Source of the DNA: an uncultured Thermoleophilia bacterium
GTDB lineage: Bacteria; Actinomycetota; Thermoleophilia; Solirubrobacterales; 70-9
Reading direction: 5' to 3'
Length of the DNA: 64,000 nucleotides
NCBI GenBank assembly: GCA_963718595.1
Contig: OY970365.1
Coordinates: forward strand, 965,994-1,029,993
Each line of letters begins with the position of its first letter. Positions within the stretch are counted from its first letter, which is position 1. The position numbers and the translations under genes are program-made. This document shows positions 25,544-34,283 of the stretch, piece by piece. The notes beneath the pieces are model-generated. The model saw only the letters and a list, made by a program, of their open reading frames with translations. It made no database searches and was not told where the DNA came from.

Positions 25544-26260
25544 ATGGGGCTGGAGCGTGTCGCCAACGGGGTCTGGTTGCTGCGCGGGGACTTCCGCGGG
25601 GCGATGAACATCTATTTCATCGAGGACGGCGACGGCGTCGTCCAGTTCGACGCCGGCACCAAGGCGATGCGCAAGCGGGCGCGGGCCGCGGCCGCCGAGC
25701 TCGGCGGCGTCAAGCAGTTGGTGCTGGGCCACGCTCACGCCGACCACCGCGGCACGGCTCCTTTTATGGGCGCGCCGATCCTCTGTCACCCCGACGAGGT
25801 CGCCGACGCCGAAAGCGACTCCTGCATGGCCCCGTACTGGCACCTCTCGGAGCTGCCCGTAAAGCCGATCCGGTGGCTCTACGAACGGGTGCTGCTGCCG
25901 CGCTGGGATGGCGGCGCCGTGAAGATCGACGGCACGGTCTCCGAGGGCGAGGAGGTCGCCGGTTTCGAGGTCCTGCACATGCCTGGGCACGCGCCGGGGC
26001 TGATCGCACTCTGGCGCGAGCGCGACCGGGTGGCGCTGGTCAGCGACGTCGCCTACCAGGTCGATTCCGCCCACCTCAAACCGCTGCCGCACGGCGAGGC
26101 CAGCGTCCCGCACCCCGCTTGGGCCTGGGATCACCCGAAGGCGCGCGAGTCGGTGCGGCGACTGGCGGCACTGGAGCCCGAAGTGGTCGCAACCGGGCAC
26201 GAGCAGCCGCTGCGCGGCCCCGGTCTGCGCGAGGTGCTCGAGCGGGCTGCCGAGAAGTAG
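25544..26260 (+). CDS. MBL-fold metallo-hydrolase
   Basis: 238 aa with the HxHxDH motif (GHAHADHRG). Confidence 0.85.
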   Translation: MGLERVANGVWLLRGDFRGAMNIYFIEDGDGVVQFDAGTKAMRKRARAAAAELGGVKQLVLGHAHADHRGTAPFMGAPILCHPDEVADAESDSCMAPYWHLSELPVKPIRWLYERVLLPRWDGGAVKIDGTVSEGEEVAGFEVLHMPGHAPGLIALWRERDRVALVSDVAYQVDSAHLKPLPHGEASVPHPAWAWDHPKARESVRRLAALEPEVVATGHEQPLRGPGLREVLERAAEK

Positions 26261-26323
26261 CGACGCCCGCGGCGCCCTGGAGGGTGGCATCGCGCGCCCG
26301 CCTGCCATAAGTTGCCTGCCCTG

Positions 26324-28696
26324 ATGATCGGGACCTATGCCTCGGCGGCGCTGATCTGTGGCGCCTCGCTGCTGGTCGGCCGCGCGCTGCTGACGCTGGC
26401 CGGCCGGCGTGCTTGGTCGTGGCTGGAGCCGGGAGTCGGGTTCGGCGCGATCATCACCGTCAGCGGCTTGCTGGCGCGGGCGCCCGGGCACGGCACCGGC
26501 GCCAGCCTCGGCCTCCTCGCGCTGGTCGCGGTCGCGGCGGCCATCGTCTTCCGCGAGCGCGGCTACGAGGTCGCGGGCGTGCTGCGGGCCGGCGCACCGG
26601 TTGCGATCGCGATCGCTCTCCTGCTGGCGATTCCGTTCGCGGTCAGCGGCCACTGGGGGCTGCTCGGCGTCGGCTTCAACAACGACCTCGGGCTCCACCT
26701 CGCCTGGGCGGAGTGGCTGCGCAGCGGCTTCGGCCCGACGCCGGAGCCGGGCTACCCGCTCGGTCCGCACGGGCTGGCGGTGGCGACCGCGGTGGTTCCG
26801 GGAATCAACCTCGCGCAGGCCTTCATCGGCGAGATCGTCGCGATCGGCGTCCTCACCGGGTTGACCGCGATCGGCGCCCTCGGCGAGATGCGACCGGCGC
26901 GGCGGGCTCTGGCGGCGGTGCTGGTGGCGGTGCCCTACCTGGCCGCCTCCTACTTCGCCCAGGCGGCCTTCAAGGAGACCGCCGAGGCGCTCTTCGTGCT
27001 CAGCACCGTCGTCTTCCTCCTGGCGCCGGGGTCGTTGCCGACGGGGTTCCGGCGGCGACTGCGCTTCGCGCTGCCGGTACTGGCGCTGCTCGGCGGCATC
27101 TTCTTCTCCTACAGCTTCGCCGGCGTCGCCTGGCCGGTCGCGATCGCCGCCCTCTGGAGCCTGACCCTGCCGGCGGTGCGACGGGCGCTGCGGCCGAAGG
27201 CGCTGCTGCGCTTCCTGCTGCGACCGCTGACGCTGCTGGCGCTGATCGTCCTGGCCGGGCTCGCGGTCCTGGCCCTGGTCGGCCCCTTCGGCTTCGCCGG
27301 CGCCTTCAACAAGGTCGCCGGCAGCAACACCTACGGCCCGGTCTCGCCGATCGAGACGCTCGGCGTCTGGTGGAGCTCCAACTATCGCCTCGACGCGGTC
27401 GGCAGCGCCATGCTGCCGGGCTTGGCCGGGGCGATCGCGGTGGCGGCGCTACTGGTCGGCGTTGCCTGGTGGGTGCAGCGGCGCGAAGTGACGGTCCCGA
27501 TCGCGCTCGGCGGCGCCGCCGTCCTCTACCTGGTTTCGCTGCCCTTCAGCGGCGACTACTCGCAGGCCAAGGCCCTGATGATCGCCGCCCCGCTGGCAAT
27601 GCTGGTCGCCGCCAAACCGCTGATCTGGGAGTTCCCCCGCCTCGCCCGCCGACGGGCCGATAACGGGCCTATATCTCCCGTTATCGGCCCGTCGGCGGGG
27701 GTTTTGCGGGTTGGGTGGGCGCTGCTTGGCATCGCCTTCGTCGGCGGATCGATCTATTCGAGCCTGCTGGTGCTGCGGGACGCGCCGGTGGCGCCGCCGG
27801 GGCACGGGTCGGAGCTGCAGGCGTTCCTGCCGATCGTGCGCGGCGAGCCGGTGCTCTACGCGGGTCAGGACCGCTACGCCGCCTACGAGCTGCTCGGCGC
27901 CGACACCCACGTGCCGCTGGTCGAGTTTCCCGACGAGGCGGTCTCGCCCAACCCGGAGAAGCCGTTCGACACCGGCGACGCCTACAGCCCGATCGACTTC
28001 GACTCGTTCTCGACCGGCACCCTCAACGCCTTCCCCTATGTGGTCACCAGCCGCGCCGCCTGGAACAGCGAGGCGCCGCCGAACTTCAAGCGCGTCGCCG
28101 CCACCCCCTCCTACGTCCTCTGGGAACGCGACGGCGACACCCCCGAGGACCGCCAGGTCCTGCTCGAGGGAACCGCCGCTGGCGCCTACGCCGGCTGCGA
28201 CTCGCCCGAGATCCGCATCCTGCTCGCCAACCCCGGGCACGCGACGCTCTTCCCCGACGCCGTGGTCGGCGGCAAAGCCGACTGGGACGCCGGCTCGATC
28301 CTCAGCCCCGGCAGCGAGACCTCGCAGACCCTGGACCTGCCCGCCGGGACCTGGAACCTCTCCCTCCAGTACTTCTCCCCCCTCGCCCTCACCCTCTCCG
28401 CCCCCGGCTTCCAAGAGCCCCTCCACGCCGCCCTCGACGGCCAACGCCCGAACACGATCAGCCTCGGCAACAACGGCCAGTTCTGGCCCGCGGGCCGCTA
28501 CGAGAGCGACGGCGGCAGCACCCGCTTCACGCTCTCAGTAGCCGACGCCACCACGATCCAAGACCTCACCGGCTACAGCGGCAAGGCCTACATCGGCGAA
28601 CTGGTCGCCGTCCCAGCCAAGCCTCACCGGACCGTGCCCCTATCCCAGGCCTGCAACTCCTGGATCGACTCTTACGAATCCGACGCGGCACCGTAG
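26324..28696 (+). CDS. large polytopic membrane protein with a C-terminal extracytoplasmic domain (GT-C-like glycosyltransferase candidate)
   Basis: Track ORF from TTG 26312; ATG 26324 is more likely. More than 12 hydrophobic helices in the first ~470 aa, then a ~300-aa soluble region. The family call is an inference from architecture only. Confidence 0.7.
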   Translation: MIGTYASAALICGASLLVGRALLTLAGRRAWSWLEPGVGFGAIITVSGLLARAPGHGTGASLGLLALVAVAAAIVFRERGYEVAGVLRAGAPVAIAIALLLAIPFAVSGHWGLLGVGFNNDLGLHLAWAEWLRSGFGPTPEPGYPLGPHGLAVATAVVPGINLAQAFIGEIVAIGVLTGLTAIGALGEMRPARRALAAVLVAVPYLAASYFAQAAFKETAEALFVLSTVVFLLAPGSLPTGFRRRLRFALPVLALLGGIFFSYSFAGVAWPVAIAALWSLTLPAVRRALRPKALLRFLLRPLTLLALIVLAGLAVLALVGPFGFAGAFNKVAGSNTYGPVSPIETLGVWWSSNYRLDAVGSAMLPGLAGAIAVAALLVGVAWWVQRREVTVPIALGGAAVLYLVSLPFSGDYSQAKALMIAAPLAMLVAAKPLIWEFPRLARRRADNGPISPVIGPSAGVLRVGWALLGIAFVGGSIYSSLLVLRDAPVAPPGHGSELQAFLPIVRGEPVLYAGQDRYAAYELLGADTHVPLVEFPDEAVSPNPEKPFDTGDAYSPIDFDSFSTGTLNAFPYVVTSRAAWNSEAPPNFKRVAATPSYVLWERDGDTPEDRQVLLEGTAAGAYAGCDSPEIRILLANPGHATLFPDAVVGGKADWDAGSILSPGSETSQTLDLPAGTWNLSLQYFSPLALTLSAPGFQEPLHAALDGQRPNTISLGNNGQFWPAGRYESDGGSTRFTLSVADATTIQDLTGYSGKAYIGELVAVPAKPHRTVPLSQACNSWIDSYESDAAP
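27649..27695. repeat. 47-nt palindromic element (subtype I) inside the membrane-protein CDS
   Basis: ccgacgggccgataacggg-cctatatct-cccgttatcggcccgtcgg: perfect 19-bp arms with an AT-rich loop. Translated in frame as RRADNGPISPVIGPS. Confidence 0.85.
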
Positions 28697-28713
28697 CGCG
28701 TCAAAAAAGTCGG

Positions 28714-28789
28714 CTGACCAAGCAGGTCAAGGACGACCGAGGGAGTGTGCTCCGCACATGACCGAGGGAGGACGCCGAGATGCGCCGGT
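28714..28789 (+). repeat. 76-bp intergenic repeat, copy 2
   Basis: ctgaccaagcaggtcaaggacgaccgagggagtgtgctccgcacatgaccgagggaggacgccgagatgcgccggt. Its last base is the first base of the desaturase stop codon. Confidence 0.85.
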
Positions 28790-29715
28790 CAGACGGCTTT
28801 CGCTTCGAGTCTCTCAGGGCTAACCCGGACGACGTCCCAAACCAGGTGCACCTTCTCCAGGCCATCGATGACGAGAGCCGAGATGTCCACCTGGTACCAG
28901 CGCAGCCCGTGCGTCGCCGAGGTCGGGAAGGCGTGGTGGCTGTTGTGGAAAGCCTCGCCCAGAGTCGGGATCGCGATCAGGGCGAGGTTGCGGGATTGGT
29001 CGGTGGTCTCGAACTCGCGCTTGCCGAAGACGTGGCAGAGCGAGTTGATGCTGTAGGTGAAGTGGTGGAGGACGAAGACGCGGACGAGGCCGCCCCAGAG
29101 CAGGCCGGTGAGGCCGGCGAAGAGGGTGCCGCCAATCGCCCAGCCGAGGAAGAAGGGGATCAGCAGGCCGAGGATCGCCCAGTAGATGAAGGTGCGGTCG
29201 ACCCAGGAGATGACCGGGTCTTTGAGCAGGTCCGGCGCGAAGCGCTCCTTGTTGCCCCGCTGAGTGTGGATGAAGAGCCAGCCCATGTGGGCGTGGAAGA
29301 GGCCGCGCATCGCCCCCGACCAGCCGTGGCCGTGGTCGACGTGGGGGCTGTGCGGATCGCCCTCCTGGTCGGAGAAGGCGTGGTGCTTGCGGTGGTCGGC
29401 GACCCAGGAGATGATCGGGCCCTCGATCGCGGCGGAGCCGAGGATCGCCAACAGCCCGCGCATCCAGTTCGAGGTCTTGAACGAGCGGTGGGTGAAGAGG
29501 CGGTGGAAGCCGACCGTGATCCCGAGCCCGGTCAGGAAGTACATCCCGAGGAAGAGGAAGACGTCGCTCCAGTGCAGGGCGCTGCCCCAGACCTGCCAGC
29601 CGGCGAAGCCGATCGCGAGGAACGGGATCAGCGTCACCAGGCCGGTGATGATCCGGTCGCGGGTCTCATTCTCGACCGGCTGAATATCTGAGGGAAGCGG
29701 CGCAGCGGTAGCCAT
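28789..29715 (-). CDS. membrane acyl-CoA/acyl-lipid fatty acid desaturase (DesA3-like)
   Basis: 308 aa. Three His boxes HRLFTH, HRKHH, HNSHH. Confidence 0.9.
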   Translation of the reverse strand: MATAAPLPSDIQPVENETRDRIITGLVTLIPFLAIGFAGWQVWGSALHWSDVFLFLGMYFLTGLGITVGFHRLFTHRSFKTSNWMRGLLAILGSAAIEGPIISWVADHRKHHAFSDQEGDPHSPHVDHGHGWSGAMRGLFHAHMGWLFIHTQRGNKERFAPDLLKDPVISWVDRTFIYWAILGLLIPFFLGWAIGGTLFAGLTGLLWGGLVRVFVLHHFTYSINSLCHVFGKREFETTDQSRNLALIAIPTLGEAFHNSHHAFPTSATHGLRWYQVDISALVIDGLEKVHLVWDVVRVSPERLEAKAV

Positions 29716-29790
29716 GGTCCGATCATACGCGTCGTACCAGAAGGGCGCCCTAATTTCGCCGGCACCGACGCGGCGCTAAGGTGCGCGGCG

Positions 29791-31005
29791 GTGCCGTTCG
29801 CAAATCCCGCCAGCCTGCGCCGAGAGATCGAGGCCCGCCTGCCCGACCGCCCCTTCGTGGTCGAGTTCTGGGACGGCTCGAAGCTGGCCTCGACGACCGG
29901 CGACGGGCCCACCTTCAGCGTCCGCTCACCCCGCGCCGCCGCCCACGTTCTGCGCGCGCCCGGTCAGCTCGGCCTCGGCCGCGCCTACGTCAGCGGCGAG
30001 CTCGAGGTCGACGACATCGACGCCGTGATCGAGCTGCTCGACGGCTGGCAGCCGCCGGCGCTCGACGGCGCCGACAAGCGGGCGCTGCTGCTCGGCGCGG
30101 TCCGCGCCGCCGGCCTGACCCCACCGCCGTCGCGCCCCGACGCCGAGCTGCGCCCCAGCGGCCGCCGCCACTCCAAGGAGCGCGACGCCCGCGCCGTGCG
30201 CCACCACTACGACGTCTCCAACGAGTTCTTCGAGCTCTTCCTCGGCGAGACGATGGTCTACAGCTGCGCGATCTGGAACAAAGGCGCGACGACGCTGAAG
30301 GAGGCCCAGGAAGAGAAGCTGGAGACGGTCGCCCGCAAGCTCGAGCTGAAGGAGGGCGACCGCGTCCTCGACGTCGGCTGCGGGTGGGGTGGCTTTCCAC
30401 TCTGGGCCGCGACCAAGCACGGCGCCAACGTCGTCGGCATCACTCTCTCCCCGCCCCAGGCCGAAAAGGCGCGCCGGCGGGCCGAGGAGGCGGGCGTCGG
30501 CGACCGCGTCGACATCCGCGTCATGGACTACCGCGACATCGCCACCAGCGGCGAGAAGTTCGACGCGATCGCCAGCATCGGCATGGTCGAGCACGTCGGC
30601 GCCTCGCAGATCGAGGTCTACGCCGAGACCCTCGCCTCCGTGCTCGAACCCGGCGGGCGCCTGCTCAACCACGGCATCACCCGCCTGCGCCATACCGACG
30701 GCGAGGCCGGCGCCTTCTCCGAGCGCTACGTCTTCCCCGACGCCGCGCCGCTGCACCTCTCGCGCAATCTGCTGGCGCTGGAACGAGCCGGCTTCGTCAC
30801 CCACCACGTCGAGGACTACGCGCCCGACTACGCCGAGACCCTGCGCCACTGGTACACCAACCTCGACGACAACATCGAGGAGGCGACGCGGCTGGCCGGC
30901 GAGGAACGGATCCGCGTCTGGCGCCTCTACCTGCGCGCCGCGAGGAACGGGTTCCTCTCGGGCTTCACCAACATCTACCAAGCCCGCTGCTCTAAGTCCG
31001 CCTGA
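29791..31005 (+). CDS. cfa: cyclopropane-fatty-acyl-phospholipid synthase family methyltransferase
   Basis: 404 aa. HYDVSNEFFELFLGETMVYSCAIW and SAM motif VLDVGCGWGG. Confidence 0.9.
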   Translation: MPFANPASLRREIEARLPDRPFVVEFWDGSKLASTTGDGPTFSVRSPRAAAHVLRAPGQLGLGRAYVSGELEVDDIDAVIELLDGWQPPALDGADKRALLLGAVRAAGLTPPPSRPDAELRPSGRRHSKERDARAVRHHYDVSNEFFELFLGETMVYSCAIWNKGATTLKEAQEEKLETVARKLELKEGDRVLDVGCGWGGFPLWAATKHGANVVGITLSPPQAEKARRRAEEAGVGDRVDIRVMDYRDIATSGEKFDAIASIGMVEHVGASQIEVYAETLASVLEPGGRLLNHGITRLRHTDGEAGAFSERYVFPDAAPLHLSRNLLALERAGFVTHHVEDYAPDYAETLRHWYTNLDDNIEEATRLAGEERIRVWRLYLRAARNGFLSGFTNIYQARCSKSA

Positions 31006-31023
31006 CCGGCGCGTCAGCCGAAC

Positions 31024-31689
31024 TTAGAGGGGGAAGCCTGAGGTGACGTCCTCGATCGCCCAGTCGGCGCCGGCCTGACGCTGTTCCTCGACTGAGTAGG
31101 CGCCGGTGGCGACGCCGACGACGCGAATGCCGGCGCCGTGGCAGGCGCTGACATCGCGCGGAGTGTCGCCGACGCCGATCGTGGCATCGAGCTCGAGCGG
31201 GGAGCCGGCGACCTCTCCCCCGCGCTCGATCCCCCTGCGGGTCAGCTCGGTGCGATCGCGGGCGTCGGAGCCGTAGCCGCCGAAGCTGAAGAAGCGGTTG
31301 AGGCCGGCGCGGGCGAGCTTGATGTGGGCGGCGGCTTCGATGTTGCCGGTGACGATCCCCAGCAGCACGCCCTGCTCGGTCAGCCGCGGCAGGATCTGCT
31401 CGATCCCCGGCATCAGCTCGTAGCCGTCGGACTCGGCGACGGCCGCCTCGAGCTGGCCGAGATAGGCCGCGATCGCCTGCCCCCGCTCGACCTCGCTGCC
31501 GTCGCGACCGACCACCTCGCGGAAGATGATCTCGACGATTTCCGGGTCGGTCATCCCCGCCCGCGTATGTTCGGAGACGTTGGCGTCGACACCGTGCAGC
31601 TCACGGAAGGCGCGCTGCCAGGCCACCGCGCCGGCCCCGCCGGTCACCAGCAGGGTGCCGTCGATGTCGAAGAGAACCGCCTTGATCAC
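31024..31689 (-). CDS. HAD-superfamily hydrolase (phosphoglycolate phosphatase-like)
   Basis: 221 aa. Motif I LFDIDGTL, motif IV GVGDTPRD. Confidence 0.85.
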   Translation of the reverse strand: MIKAVLFDIDGTLLVTGGAGAVAWQRAFRELHGVDANVSEHTRAGMTDPEIVEIIFREVVGRDGSEVERGQAIAAYLGQLEAAVAESDGYELMPGIEQILPRLTEQGVLLGIVTGNIEAAAHIKLARAGLNRFFSFGGYGSDARDRTELTRRGIERGGEVAGSPLELDATIGVGDTPRDVSACHGAGIRVVGVATGAYSVEEQRQAGADWAIEDVTSGFPL

Positions 31690-31698
31690 CGGGCGAAC

Positions 31699-33159
31699 CT
31701 AGCGGGCGGCGATGTGCTGTGAGAAGAGGCCGATCTTGCGCGGTGCGCGAGTGGCCCGTGCCTTCGCCTTGCGCGGCTTGCCGGTGCCGCTGAGTGCGGC
31801 GGTGTAGGCGCCGCCCTCGCCGTCGACGCGAAGGATCGCTTCCTTGGCGCCGAAGCTGGTCGGCGTGAAGCGGACCCGGACCAGGCACTTGCCACCGCGG
31901 CCAAGTGCGACGCCGGTGCATTCGTCTCCGGTGACCTGGAACTGGCCGAGGTTGGCGCCGACGATCGAGACCGAGCCCATCTCGACCATGGTCTCGCCAT
32001 CGTTGCGAACGACGAAGGTCTGGGCAGAGCTGCGGGTGCCGTTGGCGACGGCGCCGAAATCGAAGGCCCCGGGCGCCATCGTCACCGCGGGCGCCATGCC
32101 CTCGCCTTCGAGGAAGACCATCGTGCCGGCGTCCCCGTCGCCGAAGAGGGCAAAGCGCGCGCGCTTGGGGCCGGAGTCCTGCGGGGCGAAGCGGACATGG
32201 GCGGTGCAGCTGCTGCCGGGCATCAGTTCGCTGGCGGTGCAGTTCTCGTCGAGCAGGCGGAAGCTGCCGGAGTCGCCACCGGCGACCACGGCGATGAAGA
32301 AGGCGGCCGGGAGGTTGCCCGAGTTGGCGATCTTGATCGTGCGCACAGAGCTCTGCGAGCCGACCGTGATGGCTCCGAAGTCAAATGGGTTGCGCAGCGC
32401 CGCCACGACCGGGCCGCCGCCTTCGCCGCTCACCGTGGCGGTGAAGACGGAGCCGTTGACGACCGCGCGCACCTGCGCCGTGTAGGTGAGGAGGTCGTGC
32501 GGGTTGAAGTTGACCTGGACGTAGCAGGAGTCAGCGGGGTTGAGCAGGCCGCCCCAACAGTTGCTGTTGCCGGTCCAGAAGACGCTGGTGTCGCCCTGGA
32601 TTTCGAGGTTGTTGATCTGCGCCGGCGCGGCGCCGGTGTTGGTCAGCTGCAGGTAGGTCGAGGCCGTGTCGCGGTTGATCCGCTGCACACCGAAGTCGTA
32701 GCTGCCAGGGCTGAAGGCGAACTGCGGTTCAACCGCTTTGCCGGAGACCGGGAAGGATTCGGCGCTGCGTCCGCCCTGGAAGGTGACGACCATCGTCGTT
32801 TCCTTGAGGCCGGCGCTGGAAGGCTTCAGACCGACCTGGAAGCCGCACTTCTGCCCTTCGGCGAGGTAGCCGCAGCTGGAGCCGTTGGCGAAGAACTCGC
32901 CCACTTCGGCGCCTTCGAGCGTGACCTTGTCGATGTTGGCGTCTTCACCGGGGTTGGTGATCTCGACTTCGATCGCGGCGCCGTTGTACCCGGTCGTCGT
33001 GGTCGGGACCACGATCGGCGCAGGGCTCACCGTCAGCGGTGAGCCGGCGCCTTCCATGGGCGCTGCTAGGGCGCGCGCGGGGATCAGCGCGGCGGCGGTG
33101 AGAAGGAGGACGAGGATCGCGGAGGCGAGCAGCTTCGGCTCGGCTAGAGGCTTGTTCAT
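31699..33159 (-). CDS. secreted protein with repeated choice-of-anchor-D / ASH-like beta-sandwich domains
   Basis: 486 aa with a signal peptide. About four repeats of the pattern FDFG...V...N.G......I.G.....F......C.......C.V.V.F.P. Confidence 0.7.
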   Translation of the reverse strand: MNKPLAEPKLLASAILVLLLTAAALIPARALAAPMEGAGSPLTVSPAPIVVPTTTTGYNGAAIEVEITNPGEDANIDKVTLEGAEVGEFFANGSSCGYLAEGQKCGFQVGLKPSSAGLKETTMVVTFQGGRSAESFPVSGKAVEPQFAFSPGSYDFGVQRINRDTASTYLQLTNTGAAPAQINNLEIQGDTSVFWTGNSNCWGGLLNPADSCYVQVNFNPHDLLTYTAQVRAVVNGSVFTATVSGEGGGPVVAALRNPFDFGAITVGSQSSVRTIKIANSGNLPAAFFIAVVAGGDSGSFRLLDENCTASELMPGSSCTAHVRFAPQDSGPKRARFALFGDGDAGTMVFLEGEGMAPAVTMAPGAFDFGAVANGTRSSAQTFVVRNDGETMVEMGSVSIVGANLGQFQVTGDECTGVALGRGGKCLVRVRFTPTSFGAKEAILRVDGEGGAYTAALSGTGKPRKAKARATRAPRKIGLFSQHIAAR

Positions 33160-33242
33160 GCCGCGTCATCGACCCGGCAGGCGCCCACTTGAGCAGTGGA
33201 TCCGAAAAATCTCGACTTTTCGGTAGATCCGCGCCTGCTGCG

Positions 33243-34283
33243 CTAGTGCTCGAGCAGGTCCCGCTGGCTGAGCACGTAGAGCAAACCGAGCGCCGGCAGC
33301 ACCAGCAGCGCCGCGATCACGAAGACAACGAAGACCACGTCGAGGGTCGAGTCGGGCGCCGCTGCCTGGTCGATCCGCAGGCTGGTCGGCAGCAGGTACG
33401 GAAACTGCGCCACCGCCCAGCCCCAAATCACCGCGACCACGGCCCCCGCCGCCAACGGCCGCAAAAACACCCCGCCGACGGGCCGATTTGTCGCCTCACC
33501 GTTGACTTTTCGGCCCATCGACGAGAGGAGGAGGGCGATGGCGCCGAGGCCGCAGATGGCGCTGAGGATGACGAGGGGCAGGGCTTGGTCGGTGAGGCGG
33601 TCGAAGAGGTAGCGGGCTTCGGCGTGGAGCTCGACCAGGCCGAAGGCGGCGGCGGCCCCGGCGACGGCGCCGGCACCCAGCGCCCGCCGCGCAAAGTAGC
33701 GCTCGAGGTCGGCCTCGCCGGCGCGGCGGGCGTCGCCGACCAGGAAGACCGCGGAGAGGTAGGCGCCGGTGGCGACGAACATCGCCCCGATCAACAGCGG
33801 CAGCGGCGCCAGCCAGCTCGAGAAGGCGTCGCCGGTGCCGTCTGCGGGGACGTTGCCGCTGGCGATCGCGCCGACCACGGTGCCCATGAAGAACGGGGTC
33901 AGGACCGAGGAGAGGGCGAAGAGGGCGCCGAAGCTGCGCTGGCCGGTCAGCGTCGCCACCGTTTTGCGGAAGGCGAAGCCGGCGCCGCGCAGGACGATCC
34001 CCAGCGCCGCCAGCGCGATCGGCACGTAGAGGATGCTGAAGATGGCGCTGAAGGCGGGCGGGAAGGCGGTCCAGAGAACGACGAGGATGAAGATCAACCA
34101 GACGTGGTTGGCCTCCCAGACGGGGGTCAGCGAGCGCTGGATCAGCGCCCGCGGTTTCGCCCCCCTCTCGTCGCCGCCGGCGATGAGATCCCAGAAGCCG
34201 CCGCCGAAGTCGGCGCCGCCGAAGAGCGCGTAGAAGGTCGCCCCAACCCAGAGGATCGCCGCGGCGGCGTCGGCCTTGCTCAC
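33243..34283 (-). CDS. cydB: cytochrome bd ubiquinol oxidase subunit II
   Basis: Last 346 codons of track ORF 33243..36740, from GTG (cac 34281-34283) overlapping the cydA stop (GTGA). ILWVGATFYALFGGADFGGGFWDL... is typical of CydB. Confidence 0.9.
   Translation of the reverse strand: MSKADAAAAILWVGATFYALFGGADFGGGFWDLIAGGDERGAKPRALIQRSLTPVWEANHVWLIFILVVLWTAFPPAFSAIFSILYVPIALAALGIVLRGAGFAFRKTVATLTGQRSFGALFALSSVLTPFFMGTVVGAIASGNVPADGTGDAFSSWLAPLPLLIGAMFVATGAYLSAVFLVGDARRAGEADLERYFARRALGAGAVAGAAAAFGLVELHAEARYLFDRLTDQALPLVILSAICGLGAIALLLSSMGRKVNGEATNRPVGGVFLRPLAAGAVVAVIWGWAVAQFPYLLPTSLRIDQAAAPDSTLDVVFVVFVIAALLVLPALGLLYVLSQRDLLEH
33475..33520. repeat. palindromic element (subtype II) inside cydB
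   Basis: ccgacgggccgatttgtcgcctcaccgttgacttttcggcccatcg. Translated on the minus strand as SMGRKVNGEATNRPVG. Confidence 0.8.
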
